A stretch of DNA of 64,000 nucleotides, taken from assembly GCA_002435745.1 (NCBI GenBank), contig DIWT01000004.1, positions 19,096 through 83,095 on the forward strand, read 5' to 3'. Source of the DNA: a bacterium UBP15_UBA6099. GTDB taxonomy: Bacteria > UBP15 > UBA6099. The notes beneath the pieces are model-generated. The model made no database searches. It saw only the letters and a list, made by a program, of their open reading frames with translations, and had not been told where the DNA came from. Below are positions 18,485 to 27,206 of the stretch, piece by piece. The stretch's first letter is position 1, and each line of letters begins with the position of its first letter. Both the position numbers and the translations under genes were made by a program.

Positions 18485-19280
18485 CGGTCACCACGCCGCG
18501 TCCGGTTTTCCGCTCCAGTTCCAGCCTCGCCTTTTTTGCGATTCTTCCGCCTTTTCTGCCCGCCTGCGCATTTTCATCCATGCCGGTTGCTTCAACGCTC
18601 TCCGCAATCTGGCGGGTGGAAAGCTCCGCTAAAGCTGTAAAAATCAGTTCCGCCTCGCTCATGTGGTCGCGTAGGTTTTGAGTTTTGAGGTCCTTTATCT
18701 GCTTGTGTTTCTTGACCGAAACCCCGCTCCATTCTTTGTGAATTATATTGGTCAGAATGGCGTATTCGTCTTCGCCTTTAATCTCGTGGTCTTTCCAGTA
18801 ATCGGTGAGTTTATTGCGGGTTTCCTGCCCCATCATCCGCTGCTGAATCCATTTTTCGCTTCTGCCGCTCTGTTGCCAGTAGTCGCGCGCCCGGTCAAGG
18901 GATCGGGCCGGATCGCTCATGTCCTGAATGCGCTCGTAACCCGCTTTGGCAAGCCATAGCTTGATGGGTTCCGCTCTGGGACTGGGAACCGACTGTATGA
19001 TTCGCAGAAGAGCCTCCGGGCCGGCCGCGTCGGTCAGGTATTTTTTCCCGTCAGCGGCTTCCATTTTCAGTTGGTGACAATTTGTCACCGACTGATTTCC
19101 CTCTTTCTTGAGGCGTTCTTTCAACTTGTTCCAGTACTTCCGGGCAGTCTGATAATCCGGCTGCTGAATCAGCGCGGCGATGATATCCACAACGGAAAAC
19201 AACCATGTTTCTGTCTTTTCATCATAAATCCTGCGGATTTTAAAGTTTTCAAAAACCGCAAGCGCCTTTTCTTCATTCAT
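18420..19280 (-). CDS. Bro-N domain protein, DinD-like (DNA-damage-inducible protein D family)
   Basis: The N-terminus FENFKIRRIYDEKTETWLFSVVDIIAALIQ...KLWLAKAGYERI is Bro-N-like. The rest resembles E. coli DinD. Confidence 0.6.
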   Translation of the reverse strand: MNEEKALAVFENFKIRRIYDEKTETWLFSVVDIIAALIQQPDYQTARKYWNKLKERLKKEGNQSVTNCHQLKMEAADGKKYLTDAAGPEALLRIIQSVPSPRAEPIKLWLAKAGYERIQDMSDPARSLDRARDYWQQSGRSEKWIQQRMMGQETRNKLTDYWKDHEIKGEDEYAILTNIIHKEWSGVSVKKHKQIKDLKTQNLRDHMSEAELIFTALAELSTRQIAESVEATGMDENAQAGRKGGRIAKKARLELERKTGRGVVTGDNFLPPAKTKKKLGNNAEET

Positions 19281-20781
19281 TGTTAATCTCCATCGGTCGA
19301 ACTATTAAGTCAATAAAATCAATTTCGTCGTCTGACAAACCAAAATGAGCGAAGAGTTTTTCGTCTGTCCATATTTTTGACATAGGCAGAAGAGGCACAA
19401 ATGAAAATTTGTCCTTTGTGTTGTCCTGTGTGTTTTTGCGTAAGCCCACCAGAAACCGCAGAAACTTTGTTCTAAGATATTTGTCCAGATTTTTTGCGGC
19501 GCTTTCGGTTTCATAAGCTCCAACTACAATGTAGGTCTCGGTGCAAGCGCTGGATGGAGGCGCTATAATCGGCTTGCCCATTATCATTCGTGGATAATCG
19601 CGAGCTTCACCTCCTTCCCCGTATGCCTTAGAAATTAGAACCTTCCACAAATCCAGCAACTCCATTCCATTTTTGATGTCCGATTTTTCTATCCATCCGA
19701 CAGTTTTTGTTGCATACAATTTAATGTTGCCTTTTCCAGTAGGCCGGACAAATGTCGGGAGCCCAAATGGTTTTCGACTATAGATTTGTTCACTTATTGA
19801 TGTGTATTTCTTTTCTTTTACCTTTTCGAGAATCGAAATAGCCTTATTGAATCGAACAAATGAATCAAATTGATCCAAAGAGCGCTTCATCGTATCATCC
19901 ATGCCACTCATGCGTGTAGTTACTTCACATTGACCGCTGTAATCCCGCTCCCATAAAAAATAACATACACCGCCAATCACCTTGACGCCGGGGAAAACAT
20001 CAGATGCTATTGGATAGTCAACCAAATGAGAGATTCTGCGATCCTTTAGCATTGTATCGCGAAAAACATCCAGCCCTTTCCCACCGGCAAACCATCGGGA
20101 TGGGATAATCATTGACAAATATCTCGGTTCAAGTTTTTTAGCTTGTTCGACAAAATTGTGATAAATAGGAGATGAGCCTGTGCTATCTCCAGCATCACTC
20201 AACTGATACGGTGGATTACCTATAATTACATCAAATTTCATATTGAATATCGCCTCCGGATTTTCCGTGTGAATAAATTGATAGGCATGGGTTTCGAGTT
20301 CTTCGCCCCGCTCATAGCTTTCCTGACTGGCGCCGCAGAAAACGCAGCGCCCGTTTTCCCATGTGTGCTCCACTCGCTCAAAGCGAATATTCCCTTGCGG
20401 GTCGTCGAAAGTTTCACAGACGGAGTATTTTCCATTGGCCGTTTTGGAGCAGTAAACAGAACGGCGGGAAAGCAACGCGGTCAACTCAGTTATTGCCACG
20501 CCGAAGATCTGGTTCTTGAAGATGTGGTTGATTCGAGCCTGCCTGTCCGGGATTTTTTTTTCAAGCCCCGCATCCAACCGCCTTGCGATTTCGCGCGGAA
20601 ACACACCGGACTTACAGAACGGATCGAGAAACCGGGTGTTCTTATTGCCCCAGATTTCCGGAGGCAGCAAATCCAATATTTGATTAACCAATTGCGGCGG
20701 CGTGAACACTTCGTCGCTGCTCAGATTGGCCAGACAGGTCAGCACATCCGGGTTGTAGCTATTGCCTGTCAACATCGGCAA
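19273..20781 (-). CDS. N6-adenine DNA methyltransferase, gamma class (Eco57I-like), with C-terminal target-recognition region
   Basis: Motif X EVFTPPQLV, motif I RFLDPFCKSGVF, and motif IV IIGNPPYQ. 502 aa. Confidence 0.8.
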   Translation of the reverse strand: MPMLTGNSYNPDVLTCLANLSSDEVFTPPQLVNQILDLLPPEIWGNKNTRFLDPFCKSGVFPREIARRLDAGLEKKIPDRQARINHIFKNQIFGVAITELTALLSRRSVYCSKTANGKYSVCETFDDPQGNIRFERVEHTWENGRCVFCGASQESYERGEELETHAYQFIHTENPEAIFNMKFDVIIGNPPYQLSDAGDSTGSSPIYHNFVEQAKKLEPRYLSMIIPSRWFAGGKGLDVFRDTMLKDRRISHLVDYPIASDVFPGVKVIGGVCYFLWERDYSGQCEVTTRMSGMDDTMKRSLDQFDSFVRFNKAISILEKVKEKKYTSISEQIYSRKPFGLPTFVRPTGKGNIKLYATKTVGWIEKSDIKNGMELLDLWKVLISKAYGEGGEARDYPRMIMGKPIIAPPSSACTETYIVVGAYETESAAKNLDKYLRTKFLRFLVGLRKNTQDNTKDKFSFVPLLPMSKIWTDEKLFAHFGLSDDEIDFIDLIVRPMEINNE

Positions 20782-21409
20782 CCTCCAGAAAGTGCGTTAA
20801 CGGGTACTCTTTCACAGGCTCATTTAAGTATGCCTCGTTATTCTCATCGCTGAATATCATTAGTTGGTGTTGCTTGTCTACTAGAAACGAAAGCATGAAA
20901 TCGCGCCGCTTTAGCATGCTACCGTTGACCGGCGACCATTCAGAAAATATAATCGGTCGCGGATTGTTTCCCACGGTTTTCAGATCAAGCGCGTCTCCAT
21001 GAATAATATTGCGCTCAAGGATATATTTGACCGCATTCCGACATTCATTCCTTGCGCCGAATATAAAAAGGCGCGTGTAGTTCAGATCAAAGATGTCAAA
21101 AAGCCGGTTGCGACATTCCTGAACATTATCCTTAAGAATATCAATGCCGTATATGGAGGACACGGCAAGAACAGCATTCCTCTCGTACTCCAGTTGAATC
21201 TTTTCGTATCGGAATTCAACGACGCGCAATTTCCGTTCCAGAATTTCCGACAGAAAATTGCCCGTGCCGCATGCGGGTTCAAGAAACCGGGATTCGATCC
21301 TTTCTGTTTCCTGTTTCACCAGATCAAGCATGGCGTTGACTTCTCGTTTTCCAGTCAATACCTCGCCATGATCAGCGACCCTCTTCTTGGAGACAACTTG
21401 CTTTTCCAT
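20759..21409 (-). pseudogene. Truncated paralogous MTase N-terminal fragment. It has motifs I-III (FLEPACGTGNFL, IYGIDI, IHGDAL) but no NPPY.
   Basis: The N-terminus parallels that of the adjacent full-length MTase (GEVLTGKREVNAMLDLV vs EVFTPPQLVNQILDLL). The ORF stops before the catalytic motif IV, and its 3' end overlaps the start of the 502-aa gene by 23 nt in another frame. Confidence 0.5.
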
Positions 21410-21590
21410 GTTCTCGCAATCACTCTATAAAGCGAATAATTTTTCTTTATCCCTGTTCTGAATGTTTCGGATACCGCACCTTAATTTATCACGCCGCAAC
21501 CGGAGCGTCAATCTATGCAATCCATCACAGCTAAAAAACTGTGTGGAGAAGGCGGATGCACGACGGTTTTTTCAGAGGATGCGCGGGGCG

Positions 21591-23897
21591 TCAGCGGGGG
21601 GCGGGGGAGAGGGAGGCGACGCAAGCGGCAAGGCAGAGGATGGAGGCGGCGTAAAGGGCTCCGAACGCGCCGAGGGTTGGGATAAGGATGGAGCCTGATA
21701 GGAGGGCGGCGGCGCACGCGCCTGCTAGGTCGGCGAAATAGAGCGAGCCTGCGGCGGAGGTTTCGAGCGCGGCTCCGGCATGCCGTCGCGCGGGCCTGAC
21801 TCTTTCGACCGCAAGCGGGAATATTGCTCCTGAGCAAAAGCCGCAGACGATGGCGAAGCCGAAGAGGGTCATGGCGGCGAATGCGGGGGATGCGGAGGAG
21901 GCCGCAGTGTAAACAGCGGGGAGGGAGGCGGTGGCGCCGCACAAGCCGAGCGCCGCCGCGCCGAGCGCCGCAGGGCCTCTTCGCAGGTCTTCGCGCCTCG
22001 CGCGCGACATCGTTCCGGCTCCCGCCGCGCATCCCGCCAGATACGCCGCGTTCACAAGCCCGAGATACTGATAGACGACGCCAAAAGATATCTGAAAGAG
22101 AAAGACGACGACGAGGACGACGATGAGGGCTGCCGCTCCGGCGGCGGCGGTTGTGAAGTGGGCGGAGGCGGCGCGGGCTGCGGGGGATTTCGCCGAGGCC
22201 GCCGCGAGAAGGGCCGCAAACATCAGAATGACGAGCGCCGCCGTCCGTCGCGCGCGGGGCGTGTTCGCGTTGCCGACCGCGTCCAGAACCGCCGCGGCGG
22301 GCATGGACTTATACATTCCAGCCGACAGTCTGTTCTTTAGGAATACGGCGTTGGGAGACAGGTCGGAGTTAGTGGCCGCGCCGGGTCTGGACGCCAGCCA
22401 ACGCGCCGCCGCCGCCGTTTTGTCCGCCGCCATGAGATGTTCCATCGGGTCGTCGCTGAACTGCATGAGAGCGGCTTCCGCGCGTCGGGGGTCGAACAGG
22501 AACGAGGCTGCTGCTGCTGTGAAGCGCTCGGAAGACAAGCCGCGGGAGTGGAACCGGGCGGCGACTTCTTCGGGCGTCGGGGCGGGAGCTCCGTCGCGGC
22601 TCATTATCAACAGCGGCTTCTGTCCGATTATGAAGAAGAAGGGGGCGCGGGCGGGTTCGACCGGCGGAGTCGCGTTGCCTTGCCGCAACTCCGGAGCCGC
22701 CGCCATGAGCGTCCCGGCGAGCAGCGCCGCCTCGTGTTCGGACATGTAATTCTCCGTGAACGGGACGGTTATGGCGAGGACTCCGTTTTCGGTCAGGCGG
22801 GACTTCATCAGGTCAAACGCCTCGCGGGTGAACATCCTGTTGAGGACTATGGTTTCGGGGGGCGCGGAGGAGATGACGATGACGTCGAATTTTTCCCTTG
22901 AGCGGGAGAGCAGGCGGCGCGGGTCTACGGCGGCCGGGAAGACGCGCGGGTCGTCGAAAACGGGCGCAAGCTCAGGAGGGGCGTGTTTGCGCCGCAGGGC
23001 GAACATCGCCGGGTCAAGCTCCGCCCACACGACGCGGTCGAGGCCGTGGTTGATAGCTTCGCGGATCGCCGTCGCGTCCACTCCTGCGAACATGGCGGAG
23101 CGAGGGGCGGGGTGTGAGAGCAGGGGGACGTGGGCCATGTATTCGCCGACGGCGACGTCCGGGGTGACGCCCGCGACGCGACCGCCCGCGTAGAAAGCTT
23201 TCTGTCCGCCGTCGTCGAGGACGGTGATGTTGCCGTAGCCGGACTCTAGGCTGTCCGCCGCCGGGCGGCCCCACGAGAGAGCGCGGAGGAAGTTTTCCGA
23301 GGGAGCGGCCCACAGGGGCGAAAGCAGCGCTGCGGCGGCGAGCGCGGACCATGCCGCAAGGCGCGCGCGCCTCTGCAACCACGAGGCTCCGATGACGGCG
23401 GACATCCCGCCTGCCATAGCCGCGCACGTCACAGGGGTCGTCGCCTGCGCTAGGATGAAACAGAACGCCAGCCCGCCTGCGACCGCTCCGCCGGTGTCCC
23501 ATGCGAACATTCTGCCCGCCGCGCCTGACATCAGCGGTCGGTCTTCCAGCGCGCTGAGCGCGGGAAACAGGAATCCGTGAACGAAACAGAGAGGCCCCAG
23601 AGTGACGAGCGCCATGAGGGCGACGATTTCTACCGGGACGGCCTCGCCGCGAAGATATCCGAACAGAGGGCCTTGGGTGCGAGCAAGAGCGATTGACGCC
23701 GGAGCGAGAGCGCCTTGAAGGATGAGAAGGAATCCGGCGGAGGAAGGGGAGGGACGCCGAGAGCGGAAGAAGAGGCCGCCCGCCGCGCTGCCCGCCGCAG
23801 CCCACGCCATCCAAGCGAACAGCGCCAGCCCTACGCTCAGCTCGTCTCCGAGACTGACGACGATAAGCTCGCGGGTCAGGGCCAGTTGCGCGACCAT
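21591..23897 (-). CDS. Polytopic membrane protein with embedded spermidine-synthase-like (aminopropyltransferase/class I MTase fold) domain
   Basis: Multiple Ala/Gly/Leu-rich TM segments flank a soluble block FDVIVISSAPPETIVLNRMFTREAFDLMKSRLTENGVLAI, typical of spermidine synthase-like domains. I chose the start at MVAQLALT (23897). The track ORF extends to 24179 and overlaps the upstream gene. Confidence 0.6.
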   Translation of the reverse strand: MVAQLALTRELIVVSLGDELSVGLALFAWMAWAAAGSAAGGLFFRSRRPSPSSAGFLLILQGALAPASIALARTQGPLFGYLRGEAVPVEIVALMALVTLGPLCFVHGFLFPALSALEDRPLMSGAAGRMFAWDTGGAVAGGLAFCFILAQATTPVTCAAMAGGMSAVIGASWLQRRARLAAWSALAAAALLSPLWAAPSENFLRALSWGRPAADSLESGYGNITVLDDGGQKAFYAGGRVAGVTPDVAVGEYMAHVPLLSHPAPRSAMFAGVDATAIREAINHGLDRVVWAELDPAMFALRRKHAPPELAPVFDDPRVFPAAVDPRRLLSRSREKFDVIVISSAPPETIVLNRMFTREAFDLMKSRLTENGVLAITVPFTENYMSEHEAALLAGTLMAAAPELRQGNATPPVEPARAPFFFIIGQKPLLIMSRDGAPAPTPEEVAARFHSRGLSSERFTAAAASFLFDPRRAEAALMQFSDDPMEHLMAADKTAAAARWLASRPGAATNSDLSPNAVFLKNRLSAGMYKSMPAAAVLDAVGNANTPRARRTAALVILMFAALLAAASAKSPAARAASAHFTTAAAGAAALIVVLVVVFLFQISFGVVYQYLGLVNAAYLAGCAAGAGTMSRARREDLRRGPAALGAAALGLCGATASLPAVYTAASSASPAFAAMTLFGFAIVCGFCSGAIFPLAVERVRPARRHAGAALETSAAGSLYFADLAGACAAALLSGSILIPTLGAFGALYAASILCLAACVASLSPAPR

Positions 23898-23935
23898 CGC
23901 GCAGAAACCGCTTATAGCCGCAGACAGCCGGGTTT

Positions 23936-25237
23936 TCACGCGCCCGCGCCTCCGGGCTTTCTGCCGGCAGCGTCCGCGGCGAGATCGATGTATATCCCTA
24001 TCAGCGCCGCCGTCTTGAGCGACGTCATGAATGCGGTCGAAACCTTGAACCCGTGTGTGAGCGCGTCGAAGTTCCACGGGAACAGCCACTGGGATGCGAA
24101 TCCCGCCGCCGCGAACAAAGCGAGCCGGGGGATTCCCCTTATCTGAGTCGCGAGGGCCGCCAGCGCGGGGGCCGTCCACGACAGGAATTGCGGAGACGAG
24201 ACTTTGAATCCGACTATCGCCGCCGTCAGAATGAGCGCCGACGCGACGAGGAGGCGGCGGACGCTCTGCGCGTCAGGTTCTGGCGCTCCGGGGGCGAGCG
24301 CGGGTCTGCGTTGCAGGGCCGTAGCGTACGCTCCGTACGCGCGCGCAACGAGGAGCGCCAGCGCGAACGTGGACAGCTTCATAGCGAGGTCTGTGGCCGC
24401 GCTCTCGCCGGGAGGCCATGAAAGGTTTCCCATCGCGGGCGGAACGTTCGCTCCGGCCAGCCCCAGCGTCAGAAGGACCGCCCCGTATGCGGAATGTTTT
24501 TCGACCCCTCTAGCGGCATGGAAAACGAACGAACCCGCCACTCCGTCCGGCGACAACAACGCCGGGATGCCGAATAGAAACGCCGAAACGGCTACGAACG
24601 CCGCCGCGCCTTCGAGCGCGCCCCGCTTGTCGGATTTCAACGCGGCTTCCGCCAGAAAAAGGGGTAGCAGAACGACAGGGTATCCCTTCGCGGCGGTTGC
24701 GGCGGCGAGCAGCGCGAAAGCCGGGACGCGTTTTCCCCGCGCAAGCTCGACCATCGCCCAAGCCGAAAGGGCCATCGGAATGTAGTCAAGGGAGACCATG
24801 CCCACCGGGCCTGCCGCGATTATGACAAACGTGTACGCCGCCGCGGCGGCAATCTTTGCGCCCGGCCTCGGCCCGGCTCCCGCCATCATCTCCGCAAGCT
24901 TGAGCGCGGCCAGAAGTCCCGCGACCGACACTGCGAACATGCCGACGGCAAACACGGCGTAATAGATGTAGAGGTCTTTTGAGAACGGGGCCATCGCCCA
25001 CAGCCACGCCGCGCCGAGCGGGGGGTATTCCACAGCCACATCCCGGTACGGCAACAGCCCAGCCGCCGCCGCTTCTCCTAACTTGCGGTAGTAGTTCAGG
25101 TTGACCGACACGTGCCCCGCGAACAGCCTGCCGCCGGCGGGCGTGAAAAACAGGACGCTTATGACCGCGCAGTATCCGGCGGCGAGCGCTGTCGTTAAAA
25201 AGTCGATTTTTTCAAAACGGGCCAGATTGATTTTCAT
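23936..25237 (-). CDS. Polytopic membrane protein, GT-C/DUF2029-like putative glycosyltransferase
   Basis: About 12 hydrophobic segments with very high GC. The family assignment rests on overall topology and the YRDVAVEYPPLGAAWLW-type loop and is weak. An alternative start lies at 25315. Confidence 0.4.
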   Translation of the reverse strand: MKINLARFEKIDFLTTALAAGYCAVISVLFFTPAGGRLFAGHVSVNLNYYRKLGEAAAAGLLPYRDVAVEYPPLGAAWLWAMAPFSKDLYIYYAVFAVGMFAVSVAGLLAALKLAEMMAGAGPRPGAKIAAAAAYTFVIIAAGPVGMVSLDYIPMALSAWAMVELARGKRVPAFALLAAATAAKGYPVVLLPLFLAEAALKSDKRGALEGAAAFVAVSAFLFGIPALLSPDGVAGSFVFHAARGVEKHSAYGAVLLTLGLAGANVPPAMGNLSWPPGESAATDLAMKLSTFALALLVARAYGAYATALQRRPALAPGAPEPDAQSVRRLLVASALILTAAIVGFKVSSPQFLSWTAPALAALATQIRGIPRLALFAAAGFASQWLFPWNFDALTHGFKVSTAFMTSLKTAALIGIYIDLAADAAGRKPGGAGA

Positions 25238-25343
25238 ATTGAGACGCCTGCGCGGTTGCTCGCGCGGGGCAAGTTCCTCTCGAAAAAGGATATACCTAAA
25301 CGCGGCAATCTTCAACGCGCGGGAGCGGGGAGCGGAGCGGCGT

Positions 25344-26723
25344 TCAGCCCGCCGGGGCGGTTTTGCTCAACTCGGCCAGAATGTCGCGGCAGAAGGAGGG
25401 CAGGGTGTCGTCTCGCGCGCCCATGACGACCACGATGTCTCCGGGCCGGGCGGCGGCGGCGATGGGAGCCGCGATGTCCGCGCGGGACTGGTAAAACTTG
25501 GCGGCGGCCCCTCGCGCCTCGACCTCGCCGATGATGTCCGCTGACGATATGGACTTGTCGGCGGAACCGCCCGCGTAGAAGATTTCAGGCATGTAAAGAA
25601 TGTCTGCGCCGGGGCGCAGCATCGCCGCGAACGTGTCGACCAGCTCGTCGCGCATAAATTTCGTCGGGCCGAATCCGTGAGGCTGAAACACGATGTGGCG
25701 CGCGCCGGGCAGAGCGTCGAGAGCATCGAGCGTCGCCCGGATTTTGTCGGGATTGTGGCCGAAGTCGTCGATGACTTTTATCCCGCGCGCCTCCCCGACA
25801 AGGTCGAACCTGCGCGCTATGCCGGAGAACCATTCGACGCCGTCTCTCACCGCTTCGGCGTCCAGTCCGAAATGCCTGCCGACGGCAATCGCGGCCAGCG
25901 CGTTCGACACGTTGTGCGCGCCGGGGACTTGCAGATTGTGTTCCAAGCCGTCCACTGTGAACGAAGCGGAGAAAGGCCGCAACGATACCTGTTCGGCGAC
26001 AATGTCCGCGCCGGGTTTCAGGCCGTATGTCACTGCGTTCGAGGCGAGGCCGCGCAACGCGGACGCTTTCGGGCAGTCAGCGTTTAGAACGGCTAGCTCG
26101 CGCGCGGCGGCGACGAATTTTCCGAATATCTCAACCAATTCGTCTATGGGCTTGTGATCTTTGGTGATGTTGGAGACGATGGAGACGGCGGGGGCGTAAT
26201 TGACGATTGAGCCGTCGCTTTCGTCGCTTTCGATGACGATAATATCGGAAGCGCCCGCGCGCGCGGAGCCGGACAACCCGTCGCCGACGAAGTTTTTCAT
26301 GATGCCGCCGTTGATGATGGAAGGGTCGAGTCCGGCGCGGGTCAGCAGAGCGCCGGTCATGCCGCAGATGGTGGTTTTGCCGGACGTGCCGCCGGCGGCC
26401 ACGCCGCGTTTTTCGTTAAAAATGCCGGCTAGCGCCTGCGACCTGTGCAACGTCCGAATGCCGAGCGCTCGCGCCCGCGCCATGTCAGGCACGGTGTCTT
26501 CTATCGCGGACGACGCCACTACGAAATCGCATCCCGCCACTCCGCTTCCGTCCTGAGGAAACAGTTTTATCCCGGAGGATTTCAGCCTGTCGAATGACGC
26601 TTGGTTCAAGCCCCTGTCGTTGTTTCTGTCGGAGCCGGAAACGCCGTGTCCCTGCGCCGCGAGAGTCTGCGCGATCGGGCTCATTCCGCTGCCGCCTATG
26701 CCTATGAAAAAGTAGTTTGCCAT
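25344..26723 (-). CDS. Mur ligase, MurC/Mpl family (UDP-N-acetylmuramate:L-alanine ligase or murein-peptide ligase)
   Basis: MANYFFIGIGGSGMSPIAQ (N-terminal Rossmann), GTSGKTT P-loop, and DESDGS. I cannot tell MurC from Mpl by eye. It sits outside any dcw cluster. Confidence 0.8.
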   Translation of the reverse strand: MANYFFIGIGGSGMSPIAQTLAAQGHGVSGSDRNNDRGLNQASFDRLKSSGIKLFPQDGSGVAGCDFVVASSAIEDTVPDMARARALGIRTLHRSQALAGIFNEKRGVAAGGTSGKTTICGMTGALLTRAGLDPSIINGGIMKNFVGDGLSGSARAGASDIIVIESDESDGSIVNYAPAVSIVSNITKDHKPIDELVEIFGKFVAAARELAVLNADCPKASALRGLASNAVTYGLKPGADIVAEQVSLRPFSASFTVDGLEHNLQVPGAHNVSNALAAIAVGRHFGLDAEAVRDGVEWFSGIARRFDLVGEARGIKVIDDFGHNPDKIRATLDALDALPGARHIVFQPHGFGPTKFMRDELVDTFAAMLRPGADILYMPEIFYAGGSADKSISSADIIGEVEARGAAAKFYQSRADIAAPIAAAARPGDIVVVMGARDDTLPSFCRDILAELSKTAPAG

Positions 26724-26872
26724 GTCGTCTCCGGGCGAAGCCGTCGGCGCTCGCCGCCGTTTCTTTCGCCGATGGATTATAACACACCGCGCGGACTCCG
26801 GAAATCGCGCGTGGACAAAGCCTTCCGCGCCGCGTTATAATTGAAAAAAGAAATCCGAAAGAGGCGCGCGGT

Positions 26873-27175
26873 GTGAAAATCGACAGGACATCGAAAGACG
26901 GAACCGTTCTCGTCAGGGTGGACGGCGACATCGATTACGATTCGTCGCGGGAGTTCGCGGACGAGCTGATGTGTTGCGTGGCGGCAAAAGAGCCGCGCGT
27001 CGAGATCGATATGTCCGGCTGCCGGTTCATCAACAGCGCCGGGCTTGGGGCGGTCGCGGCGGCGGTCGCTGTGGCGCGCGCGCGCGGCGGCGACGTCGTC
27101 CTCGCCGGCGTTTCTCCCTCCATAAGAAAACTTTTCGCAATCACAGGTCTGGACAACATCATCGAGTTTAAATGA
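26873..27175 (+). CDS. STAS-domain protein (anti-sigma-factor antagonist, SpoIIAA-like)
   Basis: GTG start. DMSGCRFINSAGLGAV plus the conserved Ser region. 100 aa. Confidence 0.75.
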   Translation: MKIDRTSKDGTVLVRVDGDIDYDSSREFADELMCCVAAKEPRVEIDMSGCRFINSAGLGAVAAAVAVARARGGDVVLAGVSPSIRKLFAITGLDNIIEFK

Positions 27176-27206
27176 AGCGCGCCGGGCTGTCGGCGAGCGC
27201 CCGGCT

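Noticed and set aside
19273-21409. Possibility that the 216-aa and 502-aa MTase ORFs are one gene split by a frameshift or phase-variable tract
   Set aside because: Both ORFs contain their own motif X/I region, so a fusion would duplicate it. No homopolymer or SSR lies at the junction. The T9 run at ~20553 is internal to the intact gene and in frame.
21508-24179. Numerous Arg/Pro-rich ORFs on both strands (for example 21824-22126, 23014-23814) within the 70%-GC membrane-protein genes
   Set aside because: These are typical spurious ORFs in very GC-rich DNA, where stops are rare in all frames. The hydrophobic minus-strand frame is the coherent one.
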